24,000 nt of DNA from Pelosinus sp. sgz500959 (GCF_042610375.1 NZ_JBGJZL010000005.1:76727-100726), one strand, 5' to 3'. Shown: positions 6,672-16,519, counted from the stretch's first letter. Numbers and translations are program-made. Notes: generated by a model from the sequence alone, not told the origin.

Positions 6672-9554
6672 ATGGATTTAAAAGAAAAAATGTTAGGTAT
6701 TATAAGAACTGAAAACATAAAAGATCCTTTTACAGATGCAAGACTAGCAAAAATGTTATCAATCACAAGAGAAAATATTACTGTTTTGCGTAAGGAATTA
6801 AATGTTGGCAATTCCAGAGAGCGCCGCAAACCTCACTTAAAAAAGGCTATTGAAAATATCGTAAAACAGAATAGTAAGCTCAATATTACGGAGATCACTA
6901 AAAAATTAATGGAATCAGGGTTTGATGTATCACGGCATGTAGTCGAAGAATTCTTTAATGATGTTGACATGGAGAGTCCACAAAAGGAAGAAAAAGTTTC
7001 AGTGTTACAAGATCCTTTTTCAACGTTAGTGGGATATAGCGGTAGTCTAGAAAAAAGTGTTATACAATCCAAATCTGCAATTTTATATCCACCATTTGGT
7101 TTATCGACGTTGATTATTGGGGAAAGTGGTGTTGGAAAAACACAATTTGCTGAATGTATGTATAATTTTGCAAAACAGAAACAAATTATCGCAGACCATG
7201 TGCCGTTTATCGTTTTTAACTGTGCTGATTATAGCGATAATCCACAACTGCTATTATCACTGTTATATGGTTATAAAAAAGGTGCTTTTACTGGCGCTGA
7301 CAGTGATACAGAAGGACTCGTTGAACATGCCAATCATGGGATTCTCTTTTTAGATGAAATTCATCGGTTACCACCTAAGGGGCAAGAAATTCTGTTTTCA
7401 ATATTAGATCGGGGGCAGTTTCGTCGATTAGGTGAAACAAAAGATGAACGCAAAGTAAAAATTATGTTTATCGGTGCTACGACCGAAAATATTGAATCTA
7501 GTTTGTTGCTCAGTTTTAGAAGACGTATACCCATGATTATTTCGATTCCATCCTTACATGAAAGAGCTTTTGTTGAAAAAGTTGAAATCATTTATGACTT
7601 TTTTCAACAAGAGTGTAATCGAATTAATGTGAAAATTTTTGTAGAGTCGAAGGTCATTGAAATTTTGACACTGAAACGATTTAACGGTAATATCGGTCAA
7701 TTAAAAAGTACAATACAAGTTGTTTGTGCGCGGGCATTTATGAAGAATATTGGTAAGGATCATGAAATGATCAGTATAGGGTATGAGGATATATTAGAAA
7801 CAAATAGTATCCAACATGATTTTATTTTGGAAGATGTTAATATCGTCGAAGTTAGAAACTACATACAAGATATGTTATTTATACCCTTTGTTAACAATAA
7901 TACTCACGTTGCTAAGAAAAACCAAGATATGGAGTGTTATTTACCAGAGGATTTTTATCGGCAGATTGAAAAAAAGTATCATGAATTAACTAAATTACAT
8001 ATTGATTTTTCTGAAGTCAAAGAAATATTATGGACGTTTATTATGAACGAATTTAGTAATCTTGAAGCCGGTCTGAATGGCAAATACAAATATTTTTCCT
8101 TAACTGAATTAGTTAATATCGTAGATAAAGAAATTATTAATTTAGTGAAAAAAGTAAGAATGCTATTAGTTACGGAGCATATGTACAACGATATTAATGA
8201 AAAAATTTTTATTTATTTGGCCATTCATTTAAATGAAACGATTAAAAGAATACGCTTAAAACAACAAATTATTAATATCAATTTATCAAAAATAAAAAAG
8301 GATTTTACGAAAGAATATCACTTAGCCAGTCAAGTTGGTACTTGGCTACAGGAAATAAAAAATGTAGAAATACCTGATGATGAAATTGGCTTTATTGCTA
8401 TGTATATTAAGGCAGCGATCCAAAATAAATTACCGAAAAATCGGGTCGGTGTGATTGTTGTATCTCATGGGCGAATTGCTACAGAAATTATCAACGTGGT
8501 GAGAGCTTTACTCAATGTAAATTTTCCTATTGCTATTGATATGCCTTTGGATGAAAGTCCATCTATTATCTATGAAAAAATTATTGGGATTTCTAAAATG
8601 ATAGATGAAGGTAGGGGCATCTTATTTTTAGTTGATATGGGTTCTTTGATTAATGCTGGTAAAATTGTGACGGACAAATTAGGCATACCAACTCAAACTC
8701 TTGATCGAGTAGATTTGTTGACCGTAATTGAAGCCGTACGTAAAGCATCGATTCCTGAGAATAGTTTAAGTGAAATATATTCTAGTTTAGTAAAAACTCG
8801 TTATAACTATCCTTTGTTGAGCATTGAAGAAACGAGTAAACCCATCGCAATTGTTGCATTATGTTTGACTGGTGAGGGAACGGCTTATCATATTCGTCAA
8901 ACGATTGAACGAAAGTATGCAAATGTAACCGTTTTCCAAGTCGGTATCATGGACGAACAATTACGAAATAAAATTAAAGAAATCCAAGAAAAATTTAAAA
9001 TCTTGGCGATCATCGGTACCATTAACCCAGAAATTGAAGGCATTAATTTTGTTGTCTATGAGCCTTATTTACTTGAAAGTGGTATTAGAGAGTTTGATGC
9101 AATTTTAAATATTGAAAAAGGTAAAGACTTGGCAGATTTTTCAGAAGACGATTTATTGGTTTTTGAATCAGAGATTCGTTCACAAAAAGAATTAATTGAA
9201 GTGATGTGTTTACTACTCATTAATAAAGGTTATGTGAAAAAAGAGTTTTTACAATCAGTTTTACATCGTGAAGAGATGGCACCGACTTTCTTAAAAGGAG
9301 AAATTGCCATTCCTCATGGGGACTCTCACATTGTTAATAAATCAGGGATTGTAGTTGCTAAATTAAAATCTCCCATCCCTTGGGGAAGTGGTCATGTAAA
9401 TGTTGTATGTTTACCAGCATTTAAAATTAATGACAAAAATGTTGTTAAGCGTCTTTTAAAGCCTTTCTTACATCTAGAGTTCATTGAAAAGTGGCGCACG
9501 ATAACCGATATGAACACTTTTAAAGAAATGCTATATGAGAAGATGAAAGAGTAA
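6672..9554 (+). CDS. Sigma-54-dependent, PTS-controlled transcriptional activator (LevR family) with C-terminal EIIA(Mtl/Fru)-type domain
   Basis: I prefer the start at 6672 (SD GAGGGG upstream), because the ORF-track start at 6615 would lie upstream of and span the -24/-12 element. Domains by motif: N-terminal HTH regions; an AAA+ domain with Walker A GESGVGKT, GAFTGA loop (7281-7298) and Walker B LFLDEIH; one PRD; an EIIA-Man-like segment (RVGVIVVSHGRIA); an EIIB-Gat-like segment (IAIVALCLTGEGTA); and an EIIA-2-like C-terminus (GEIAIPHGDSH). Confidence 0.85.
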   Translation: MDLKEKMLGIIRTENIKDPFTDARLAKMLSITRENITVLRKELNVGNSRERRKPHLKKAIENIVKQNSKLNITEITKKLMESGFDVSRHVVEEFFNDVDMESPQKEEKVSVLQDPFSTLVGYSGSLEKSVIQSKSAILYPPFGLSTLIIGESGVGKTQFAECMYNFAKQKQIIADHVPFIVFNCADYSDNPQLLLSLLYGYKKGAFTGADSDTEGLVEHANHGILFLDEIHRLPPKGQEILFSILDRGQFRRLGETKDERKVKIMFIGATTENIESSLLLSFRRRIPMIISIPSLHERAFVEKVEIIYDFFQQECNRINVKIFVESKVIEILTLKRFNGNIGQLKSTIQVVCARAFMKNIGKDHEMISIGYEDILETNSIQHDFILEDVNIVEVRNYIQDMLFIPFVNNNTHVAKKNQDMECYLPEDFYRQIEKKYHELTKLHIDFSEVKEILWTFIMNEFSNLEAGLNGKYKYFSLTELVNIVDKEIINLVKKVRMLLVTEHMYNDINEKIFIYLAIHLNETIKRIRLKQQIININLSKIKKDFTKEYHLASQVGTWLQEIKNVEIPDDEIGFIAMYIKAAIQNKLPKNRVGVIVVSHGRIATEIINVVRALLNVNFPIAIDMPLDESPSIIYEKIIGISKMIDEGRGILFLVDMGSLINAGKIVTDKLGIPTQTLDRVDLLTVIEAVRKASIPENSLSEIYSSLVKTRYNYPLLSIEETSKPIAIVALCLTGEGTAYHIRQTIERKYANVTVFQVGIMDEQLRNKIKEIQEKFKILAIIGTINPEIEGINFVVYEPYLLESGIREFDAILNIEKGKDLADFSEDDLLVFESEIRSQKELIEVMCLLLINKGYVKKEFLQSVLHREEMAPTFLKGEIAIPHGDSHIVNKSGIVVAKLKSPIPWGSGHVNVVCLPAFKINDKNVVKRLLKPFLHLEFIEKWRTITDMNTFKEMLYEKMKE

Positions 9555-9583
9555 TTTAAAAAATGAAGGAGTGGTTGTAGATT

Positions 9584-10030
9584 ATGTTGGATTTGGATTT
9601 AGTTGTATTAAAAATGAAAGCAGAAACTTCAAGTGAAATTATTCGAAATCTAGGTGGATTGATGTTGTCGAAAGGCTATGTAAAGGATAGTTACATTGAA
9701 GCGGTGTTAGAAAGAGAAAAAAATCTTCCAACAGGACTCCCCATTGATGATTTTTGTGTCGCTATTCCTCACACTGATTCAGAGCATGTGAATCAATCAA
9801 ATATCGGGATTGCAACCTTAGAGAAGCCAGCCATATTTCACTCCATGGTTAGTCCAGAAGAAATATTATATGTAGAATTAGTTTTTTTATTAGCAGTGAA
9901 AGATCCTATCTTGCAGCTTGAATTATTAAAGAATCTCATGTCAGTTTTTCAAAATAAGGAATTATTGATCGCATTGAGGAATGCCACTTCCAAAGAGGAG
10001 GTTAGGGAGTTATTAAGTTGTCTTGGCTAA
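9584..10030 (+). CDS. PTS EIIA component, fructose/mannitol/galactitol (PTS_EIIA_2) type
   Basis: The 148-aa product has the phosphorylatable His context FCVAIPHTDSEHV. It is paralogous to the regulator's C-terminal domain. SD GAAGGAG lies upstream. Confidence 0.8.
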   Translation: MLDLDLVVLKMKAETSSEIIRNLGGLMLSKGYVKDSYIEAVLEREKNLPTGLPIDDFCVAIPHTDSEHVNQSNIGIATLEKPAIFHSMVSPEEILYVELVFLLAVKDPILQLELLKNLMSVFQNKELLIALRNATSKEEVRELLSCLG

Positions 10031-10075
10031 AAACAAGACAATATAATAAATAAAATATAGAAAGGTGGAACAAAA

Positions 10076-10390
10076 ATGAGAAGGTTTAATGTGCTGTCAG
10101 TGTGTGGTTCGGGTACAGTTACTTCATCAATGATTGCGGAAAAATTAAAAGAAGCAATGGAGGAGCGTGGTATCAAAATTACGGCGACGGAAGCTAAACC
10201 AACAGAGGCTTTGAATTTGGCAGAAGGTGGTCGATTTGATTTTATTACGCACACCAGTCCCCTGCCAGCCGCAAACTATGGAATTCCTACAATTAATGCA
10301 GTCGGTTTTTTGACAGGTTTTGGTGAAGAAGAATTTTTGGTAGAAGTTATGAGTGTGATCGAAGAGCTAGGCGGAAATAGCGGCAAATAA
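10076..10390 (+). CDS. PTS EIIB component, galactitol (Gat) family
   Basis: The 104-aa product starts MRRFNVLSVCGSGTVTSSMIAEKLKE, showing the active-site Cys in the CGSG-x-x-TS P-loop typical of GatB-type EIIB. SD AAAGGTGG lies upstream. Confidence 0.8.
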   Translation: MRRFNVLSVCGSGTVTSSMIAEKLKEAMEERGIKITATEAKPTEALNLAEGGRFDFITHTSPLPAANYGIPTINAVGFLTGFGEEEFLVEVMSVIEELGGNSGK

Positions 10391-10417
10391 AATAGTGAAA
10401 AATGAGGGGGAATCAAT

Positions 10418-11839
10418 GTGTTTCTTCAACTATTAAAAGATGTATTTCAGACTTTTGGCTCACCAGTTTTTGTTCCAGTTATCATCTTTATTATTGCTAA
10501 AATATTAAAAGTAACGAACAAAAAGGCCTTCTTTTCTGCATTATATGCAGGAGTAGGGCTCGAAGGGTTTACTCTTTTACTAAATGCTTTTACACCCATT
10601 ATTACACCTGTAGTCAAAAGCATGGTCGAGAATACTGGAATTCAGCTTCCTGTATTTGATGTGGGCTGGCAAGCGACTGCACTTGTTGCTTACTCCACAG
10701 AAGCTGGCATGGTTTTTTTAGGCGTTGGTTTATTAGTGCAAACAATACTATTTTTGACGCGATGGACTTCTATTTTCCAACCTGGTGATTTATGGAACAA
10801 TTATTCTTATATGGTATGGGGCTCTATGGTTTATATGGCAACAAAAAATATGTGGTTGTCTCTAGGATGTATGATTTTATTAAATATGTATAGTTTGCTT
10901 ATTGCAGAGTTATTGGCTAAGAGATGGTCAACCTATTATAAATATCCTAATTGTACAATTATTGCCATGCATAATATTGAGGCCGCTATTTTTACTGTTG
11001 TTTTTGATCCATTACTCAATGCTTTTGGTTTAAATAAAGTTAAATTGAGCCCTGAAGAACTGCAAAAAAAATTAGGATTCTTTGGTGAACCTGTTTCCTT
11101 AGGACTGTTATTAGGTATTTTTATTGGTATCATGGGAAATTTCAAAAGTTTAGGAACATTGGCTGCATGGGGTCAAATTACGACAATGGGGATTGCTACT
11201 AGTGCTATTATGGCTCTTTTTCCTCGCGTAGCCGGTATATTTGCCCAATCTTTTCTCCCAATCACTGAGGCTGCTCGGAAATCTGTTAAGAATGATAGTA
11301 AATCACGTCAATGGTTCCTGGGGGTAAATGATGCGACTGGATATGGAGAACCTGCCACTTTAATCTCTGGTATCATTCTCATTCCCATTATGGTTTTTAT
11401 GGCTCTTGTATTACCAGGAAATGAAGTATTACCCGTTGTTGACTTGTTAGCATTACCTTTCATGGTACAAGGTATTGTGCCACTGGTAAATGGTAATATC
11501 TTTAAAGTCCTTATTACAGGTGCAATTTGGTTTAGTGCAGGTCTGTATATGTGTACGTATACGGCACCCATGTTCACAGATATTTGTTCATCAGTGGGTG
11601 TTCATTTACCAGTCGGTGCCTTACTAATTACTAGTTTTAATATTTTAGGAAAACCTTTAATGGGATTAGTATTTTTAGCCTTCTTAAGTCAGTCCCCACT
11701 ATTAATTGGTATCGCAGTAGCAGTATATTTCATTTTATATCTATTATTCAGAAAGAACAAAGAAGCTGTATATGATTACTTAGATCAAAATGCCATGAAA
11801 AATACAGTGGAAGATCGGACAAATGAAATAACTGCATAA
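10418..11839 (+). CDS. PTS EIIC permease, galactitol (GatC) family
   Basis: GTG start with SD GAGGGGG 8 nt upstream; the nearby ATG at 10416 is out of frame and terminates after 6 codons. The 473-aa polytopic protein is collinear with GatC-type landmarks (..DVGW.., KLGFFGEPVSLG, VLPGNEVLP..DL). Confidence 0.85.
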   Translation: MFLQLLKDVFQTFGSPVFVPVIIFIIAKILKVTNKKAFFSALYAGVGLEGFTLLLNAFTPIITPVVKSMVENTGIQLPVFDVGWQATALVAYSTEAGMVFLGVGLLVQTILFLTRWTSIFQPGDLWNNYSYMVWGSMVYMATKNMWLSLGCMILLNMYSLLIAELLAKRWSTYYKYPNCTIIAMHNIEAAIFTVVFDPLLNAFGLNKVKLSPEELQKKLGFFGEPVSLGLLLGIFIGIMGNFKSLGTLAAWGQITTMGIATSAIMALFPRVAGIFAQSFLPITEAARKSVKNDSKSRQWFLGVNDATGYGEPATLISGIILIPIMVFMALVLPGNEVLPVVDLLALPFMVQGIVPLVNGNIFKVLITGAIWFSAGLYMCTYTAPMFTDICSSVGVHLPVGALLITSFNILGKPLMGLVFLAFLSQSPLLIGIAVAVYFILYLLFRKNKEAVYDYLDQNAMKNTVEDRTNEITA

Positions 11840-11885
11840 CTTGAGTCTATGTACAAGAATGCCAGTAAGTTGAGAAAGGAGATAG

Positions 11886-12695
11886 ATGGTGAATAATTTG
11901 CATTTATTAAAACCGATAAAATGTTTTATTCTTGATTTGGATGGAACAGTCTATTTAGGAAAGAAAGTACTAGATGGTTCAATCGAATTTTTAGAAACCT
12001 TAGGAAATAATAATATACAGTTCAAATTTTTTACCAATAATTCTTCTAAAAATGCAAAATTTTATGTAAAAAAGATAAAGAGTATGGGGTATGATGCAAA
12101 GGAAGAGATGATGCTTATTTCCAATCAAGTCATCATCCGTCATATACAAGAAAAAATGCAAGATAAGAAAGTTTTTGTTTTAGGTAATGAATATTTAAAA
12201 AGTGATTTTATTTATTCTGATATCAATGTGGTAGAGGACGATCCTGATGTTGTTGTGGTTGGTTTTGATACATCTTTAGCCTATGAAAATATTTCAAAAG
12301 CTTGTAAGTTTATCAGAAATGGTGCGACTTTTTTAGGTGTACATCCAGATTTTAATTGTCCAGTTGAGAATGGATTTATTCCAGATTGCGGGTCAATTTG
12401 TGCGATGATTACTGCTTCTACGGGCGTACATCCAGAGTATTTTGGAAAACCATCCATTCATACCTTACAATATATTCTAAATAAAACTGGGTTAAAAGCC
12501 GAAGAAATTGCCTTTGTCGGAGATCGACTGTACACGGACATTGCCATTGGTCAAGGAAACGATGCAGTGACGATTCTTGTATTATCTGGCGAAACCAAAT
12601 TACAGGATTTACAGGAATCAACAGTAAAGCCAACTTTAATATTTAATTCTCTGAAAGAGGTAAAAGATGCTTTACAGGAAATATACCCATTATAG
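11886..12695 (+). CDS. HAD-superfamily subfamily IIA sugar phosphatase (NagD/AraL-like)
   Basis: HAD motif I is FILDLDGTVYLG, motif II is FFTNNSS, and motif IV is FVGDRLYTDI. The 269-aa length fits the NagD/AraL subfamily. SD AAGGAG lies upstream. Confidence 0.8.
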   Translation: MVNNLHLLKPIKCFILDLDGTVYLGKKVLDGSIEFLETLGNNNIQFKFFTNNSSKNAKFYVKKIKSMGYDAKEEMMLISNQVIIRHIQEKMQDKKVFVLGNEYLKSDFIYSDINVVEDDPDVVVVGFDTSLAYENISKACKFIRNGATFLGVHPDFNCPVENGFIPDCGSICAMITASTGVHPEYFGKPSIHTLQYILNKTGLKAEEIAFVGDRLYTDIAIGQGNDAVTILVLSGETKLQDLQESTVKPTLIFNSLKEVKDALQEIYPL

Positions 12696-12741
12696 AGAAA
12701 AGTATAATTGAGATTTAAAGCTAATGTTAATAAAAGAGAGG

Positions 12742-12770
12742 CTGCAAGAAATTCAGAGAGTTTCTTGCAG
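12742..12770 (+). terminator. Candidate intra-cluster terminator/attenuator hairpin
   Basis: A 10-bp perfect stem (CTGCAAGAAA / TTTCTTGCAG) closes on a 9-nt loop. It is followed by TAAACTTTTA, only a weak U-tract. It lies in the 151-nt gap between the phosphatase and dehydrogenase genes. Confidence 0.4.
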
Positions 12771-12846
12771 TAAACTTTTATGCATATCCTATTGATAGAG
12801 TGATATACCTATAGAAAAATAAAGAAGAATATGAGGTGCTAATAGT

Positions 12847-14202
12847 ATGAATGAATTATTAACTAAAACTCCAGAAGAAATGGCAGGTTTAAATTTTCCA
12901 TGTTCCTGCGGAAAAACTCATAGTATTGATATTAAGGATGTTCGTATTGGGACGCATATTCTGACTGATCTTATAGATTCTTTGCAACCTTTTCGAAAGG
13001 GTACCTTGTTATTGATTGCAGATTGTAATACCTATGAAGCGGCAGGAAGGCAAGTTGAGTCCATTCTGAGTAAAGATTTTCAGCTTAAAAAAGTAATTTT
13101 CTCCAACCCGCATCTTCATCCTGATGAAATTCCATTAGAACAATTACGCGCTGAAATGAATTCGGACATTACAGCCATTGTCGTTGTTGGTTCTGGAACA
13201 CTCAATGATCTGGCTCGCTATCTGAGTTATGAAACAAAAATTCCTTATGTCGTGGTAGGTACAGCCCCTTCCATGGATGGATATGCTTCTATGGTGTCAC
13301 CACTCATTACGAAAGGGGTAAAAGTGACTTATAATGCAGTGTATCCATACTGCATCATTGCAGATCTTTCCATTATGAAGGAAGCACCATTCCATATGAT
13401 TCATGCTGGTCTTGGCGATATTGTCGGGAAATACAGTGCCCTTGCCGATTGGAAATTAGCTAATATTCTTCATGAAGAATATTATTGTACGGCTACAGCA
13501 GAACTCGTAGAAAAAGCGATTGAACAGTGTGTTTCCAGTGCTTCTGGTATTCTGACAAGATCGCCAGAGTCTATTTGCAGTATCATTGAAGGTCTGATTT
13601 TGTCAGGTATGTGCATTGGTATGACAGGAAGTTCAAGGCCAGCTTCAGGAGAGGAGCATCTCTTATCTCATGCGTGGGAGATGTTAGGCCTTATTCGCGG
13701 CCAGGAAACTCATTTGCATGGTAACCAAGTTGGGATTGGGACTGAAATTATTCTCCATGTTTATCAATATTTATTACATATGGATATTCATAAAATTTAT
13801 AATGAAGGAAAGTTTAGGTCTTTTAACCGAGAAAAATGGGAAAATAATATTACACAATTATTTGGTCATGTTGCACCTGAGATGATTCAGAAAAAAGCAC
13901 CTTATCTAAACTTTACTGAATCTGCCCGCGAAAAAGCTGCACAACATATTGTAGAAAAGTGGGAACATATGAAAGAAAGTGTATTTATAACAATGCCTAC
14001 TCCAACTGCTTATCGCCAAATGATGGATCGTGCAGGTTCACATCTTGGTCCTCTTGATCTTAAACTTGACCGAGAATCATTTCGTTTAAGCTTACTAACG
14101 GCGAAAGAAGTTCGCCAACGATTTGGCGTGATGCAAATGCTAGAAGATTTAGGGCTTTTAGAAGAAGTGGTCGACATGATTACAGATATTTATTATTCAT
14201 AA
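12847..14202 (+). CDS. sn-glycerol-1-phosphate dehydrogenase family (AraM/EgsA-like, iron-containing ADH superfamily) oxidoreductase
   Basis: Motifs are VVGSGTLNDLARY (nucleotide binding), APSMDGYAS, GLGDIVGKYSALADW and SGEEHLLSHAWEM..HG.QVG (metal ligands). These fit the G1PDH/DHQS-like branch. SD GAGGTG lies upstream. Confidence 0.7.
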   Translation: MNELLTKTPEEMAGLNFPCSCGKTHSIDIKDVRIGTHILTDLIDSLQPFRKGTLLLIADCNTYEAAGRQVESILSKDFQLKKVIFSNPHLHPDEIPLEQLRAEMNSDITAIVVVGSGTLNDLARYLSYETKIPYVVVGTAPSMDGYASMVSPLITKGVKVTYNAVYPYCIIADLSIMKEAPFHMIHAGLGDIVGKYSALADWKLANILHEEYYCTATAELVEKAIEQCVSSASGILTRSPESICSIIEGLILSGMCIGMTGSSRPASGEEHLLSHAWEMLGLIRGQETHLHGNQVGIGTEIILHVYQYLLHMDIHKIYNEGKFRSFNREKWENNITQLFGHVAPEMIQKKAPYLNFTESAREKAAQHIVEKWEHMKESVFITMPTPTAYRQMMDRAGSHLGPLDLKLDRESFRLSLLTAKEVRQRFGVMQMLEDLGLLEEVVDMITDIYYS

Positions 14203-14416
14203 TACTCGAGAAAGATATCTTTAAAATGGCACTTTATACTTGTACTCTCAATCGAAAAATTAAGGCAATTGATCAAGTATTGCTTGATAAACATTTTTTG
14301 AGAAAGCATGGAATAAATGCCTATTACGGGCAAGATAAGGTATAATATTCTTGAGTCCATGCATGTTGTTAAAGATCATGCGAGAGGATGTATATAAGCC
14401 AAGGAGGATTTAATGA

Positions 14417-16429
14417 ATGATGAAAAATGATGAAGTTGATCAGCTCGCGGTAAATACGATTCGTACTTTATCAATCGACGGGATTGAAAAAGCTAACTCA
14501 GGTCATCCTGGAATGCCAATGGGTGCAGCACCTATGGCATTTACGCTATGGACAAAACATCTTAATCATAATCCGAGTAATCCTAAATGGTTCAATCGAG
14601 ATCGCTTTGTTTTATCTGCGGGCCATGGTTCCATGTTACTTTATAGTTTATTACATTTATCTGGCTATGATCTTTCTATTGATGATTTAAAGAGTTTTCG
14701 CCAGTGGATGAGTAAAACACCTGGTCATCCTGAATATGGTCATACACCAGGCGTTGATGCAACAACAGGTCCTTTAGGACAAGGGATTGCTATGGCTGTG
14801 GGCATGGCTATGGGTGAACGTCATTTGGCTGCTACCTATAACAAAGAACAGTATGAAGTGATCAATCATTTTACCTATAGCATGTGCGGTGATGGAGATC
14901 TAATGGAGGGAGTATCAGCAGAAGCTGCATCCCTCGCAGGGCATCTTAAACTTGGAAAGTTGATTGTTTTATACGATTCAAATAATATTTCCTTAGATGG
15001 AAAACTTGGACAGTCTTTTTCAGAAGATGTGAAAAAACGTTTCGAGGCTTATGGTTGGCAAGTGATTTTAGTTGAGGATGGTAATGATCTTAAGTCAATT
15101 GACGAAGCCTTAACCATTGCAAAAGCAGATATGAGTAGACCCACCTTGATTGAAGTAAAAACCGTAATTGGTTTTGGTGCGCCCAATAAGGCCGGTTCAT
15201 CTTCGGTCCATGGATCACCCCTCGGGAAAGCAGAAGTCAAATTAACCAAAGACTATTATCAATGGTCCTATGAAGAGGATTTTTATGTTCCTGAGGCGAT
15301 ATACGCACTTTTTGACAAAACTGTTAAACAACGCGGTGGAGAGTTAGAAAAGAATTGGAATGCCTCTTTCGCAAAGTATCATAAGGAATATCCAGAACTG
15401 GCAGCAAAATTAGAACAAGGGATTGCTGGGACACTTCCCATGGATTGGGACAAACAGTTACCTGTTTATGCTGAAGGGAGTCAGATCGCATCTCGTTCTT
15501 CTTCTGGTGAAGTGATGAATGCCCTGTCTTTGAGTATTCCAGCCTTTTTTGGTGGATCAGCGGATTTGGCTAGTTCCAATAAAACAATGATAAAAAATGG
15601 TGGGGATTTCCTACCTGAAAACTATAGCGGGCGTAATATTTGGTTTGGTGTTCGTGAGTTTGCGATGGGAGCGGCATTAAATGGCATGGCGCTGCACGGT
15701 GGACTCAAAGTATACGGAGGAACATTCTTTATTTTCTCTGATTATTTGCGCCCAGCCATTCGCCTGGCTGCTTTGATGAAGCTTCCTGTAACCTATGTCT
15801 TTACCCATGATAGCATTGCTGTTGGCGAAGATGGTCCTACCCATGAACCGGTTGAACAATTGGCTTCTCTTCGGGCCTTGCCAAATCTGAATGTGATTCG
15901 TCCAGCAGATGGTAATGAAACTGTAGCTGCCTGGAAGGTGGCGCTGGAATCAACAGAGACTCCAACAGTGTTGGCTTTATCTCGGCAGAATTTGATGACA
16001 ATCCCTGGAACTCATGAGACTGCAGATATGGGTGTTAGACAAGGAGCATATGTCATTTCCAAAGGTGCTGCTGATATTCCTCAAGCATTACTTTTGGCAA
16101 CGGGTTCAGAAGTACAGCTAGCTATACTTGCTCAGCGACAACTAGCGACTGAAAATATCTCTGTATCGGTTATTAGTTTCCCATCATGGGATTTATTCGA
16201 AAAACAGTCTGTTGAATATCGCAAAACTATACTGTTGCCTCATGTAAAGGTTCGTCTCGCAATTGAAATGGGATCATCCTTAGGGTGGGAACGTTATGTT
16301 GGAGATTCTGGAGGGGTACTCGCCATTGATCGTTTTGGTGCTTCAGGAACTGAAGAAAGATTGCTCAGAGAATATGGTTTTACCGTTGAAAATGTAGTGA
16401 AAAAAGTGAAAGAATTATTGAAAAACTAA
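14417..16429 (+). CDS. tkt: Transketolase (full-length, unsplit)
   Basis: The 670-aa product shows ..[25 protein letters not shown].., [31 protein letters not shown], and [18 protein letters not shown] (ThDP and substrate motifs). SD AAGGAGG lies 9 nt upstream. Confidence 0.95.
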   Translation: MMKNDEVDQLAVNTIRTLSIDGIEKANSGHPGMPMGAAPMAFTLWTKHLNHNPSNPKWFNRDRFVLSAGHGSMLLYSLLHLSGYDLSIDDLKSFRQWMSKTPGHPEYGHTPGVDATTGPLGQGIAMAVGMAMGERHLAATYNKEQYEVINHFTYSMCGDGDLMEGVSAEAASLAGHLKLGKLIVLYDSNNISLDGKLGQSFSEDVKKRFEAYGWQVILVEDGNDLKSIDEALTIAKADMSRPTLIEVKTVIGFGAPNKAGSSSVHGSPLGKAEVKLTKDYYQWSYEEDFYVPEAIYALFDKTVKQRGGELEKNWNASFAKYHKEYPELAAKLEQGIAGTLPMDWDKQLPVYAEGSQIASRSSSGEVMNALSLSIPAFFGGSADLASSNKTMIKNGGDFLPENYSGRNIWFGVREFAMGAALNGMALHGGLKVYGGTFFIFSDYLRPAIRLAALMKLPVTYVFTHDSIAVGEDGPTHEPVEQLASLRALPNLNVIRPADGNETVAAWKVALESTETPTVLALSRQNLMTIPGTHETADMGVRQGAYVISKGAADIPQALLLATGSEVQLAILAQRQLATENISVSVISFPSWDLFEKQSVEYRKTILLPHVKVRLAIEMGSSLGWERYVGDSGGVLAIDRFGASGTEERLLREYGFTVENVVKKVKELLKN

Positions 16430-16519
16430 GATAGGTAACATAATAACTTACTAAACATATACTAAATAACAAGCTTATCTTTTACTTCTGTGATAAACAT
16501 TACTATGGGAGGTATAAGT

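Noticed and set aside
6581-6829. 82-aa minus-strand ORF, plus the 19-codon N-terminal extension of the regulator (start 6615), both spanning the promoter region
   Set aside because: Both would run through the -24/-12 element. The regulator has a good SD and ATG at 6672, and the minus ORF has no support.
14211-14222. 12-bp palindrome AAAGATATCTTT just after the dehydrogenase stop
   Set aside because: It is too short and AT-rich, with no loop, to be a convincing terminator, and it contains an EcoRV-type site by chance. No further support.
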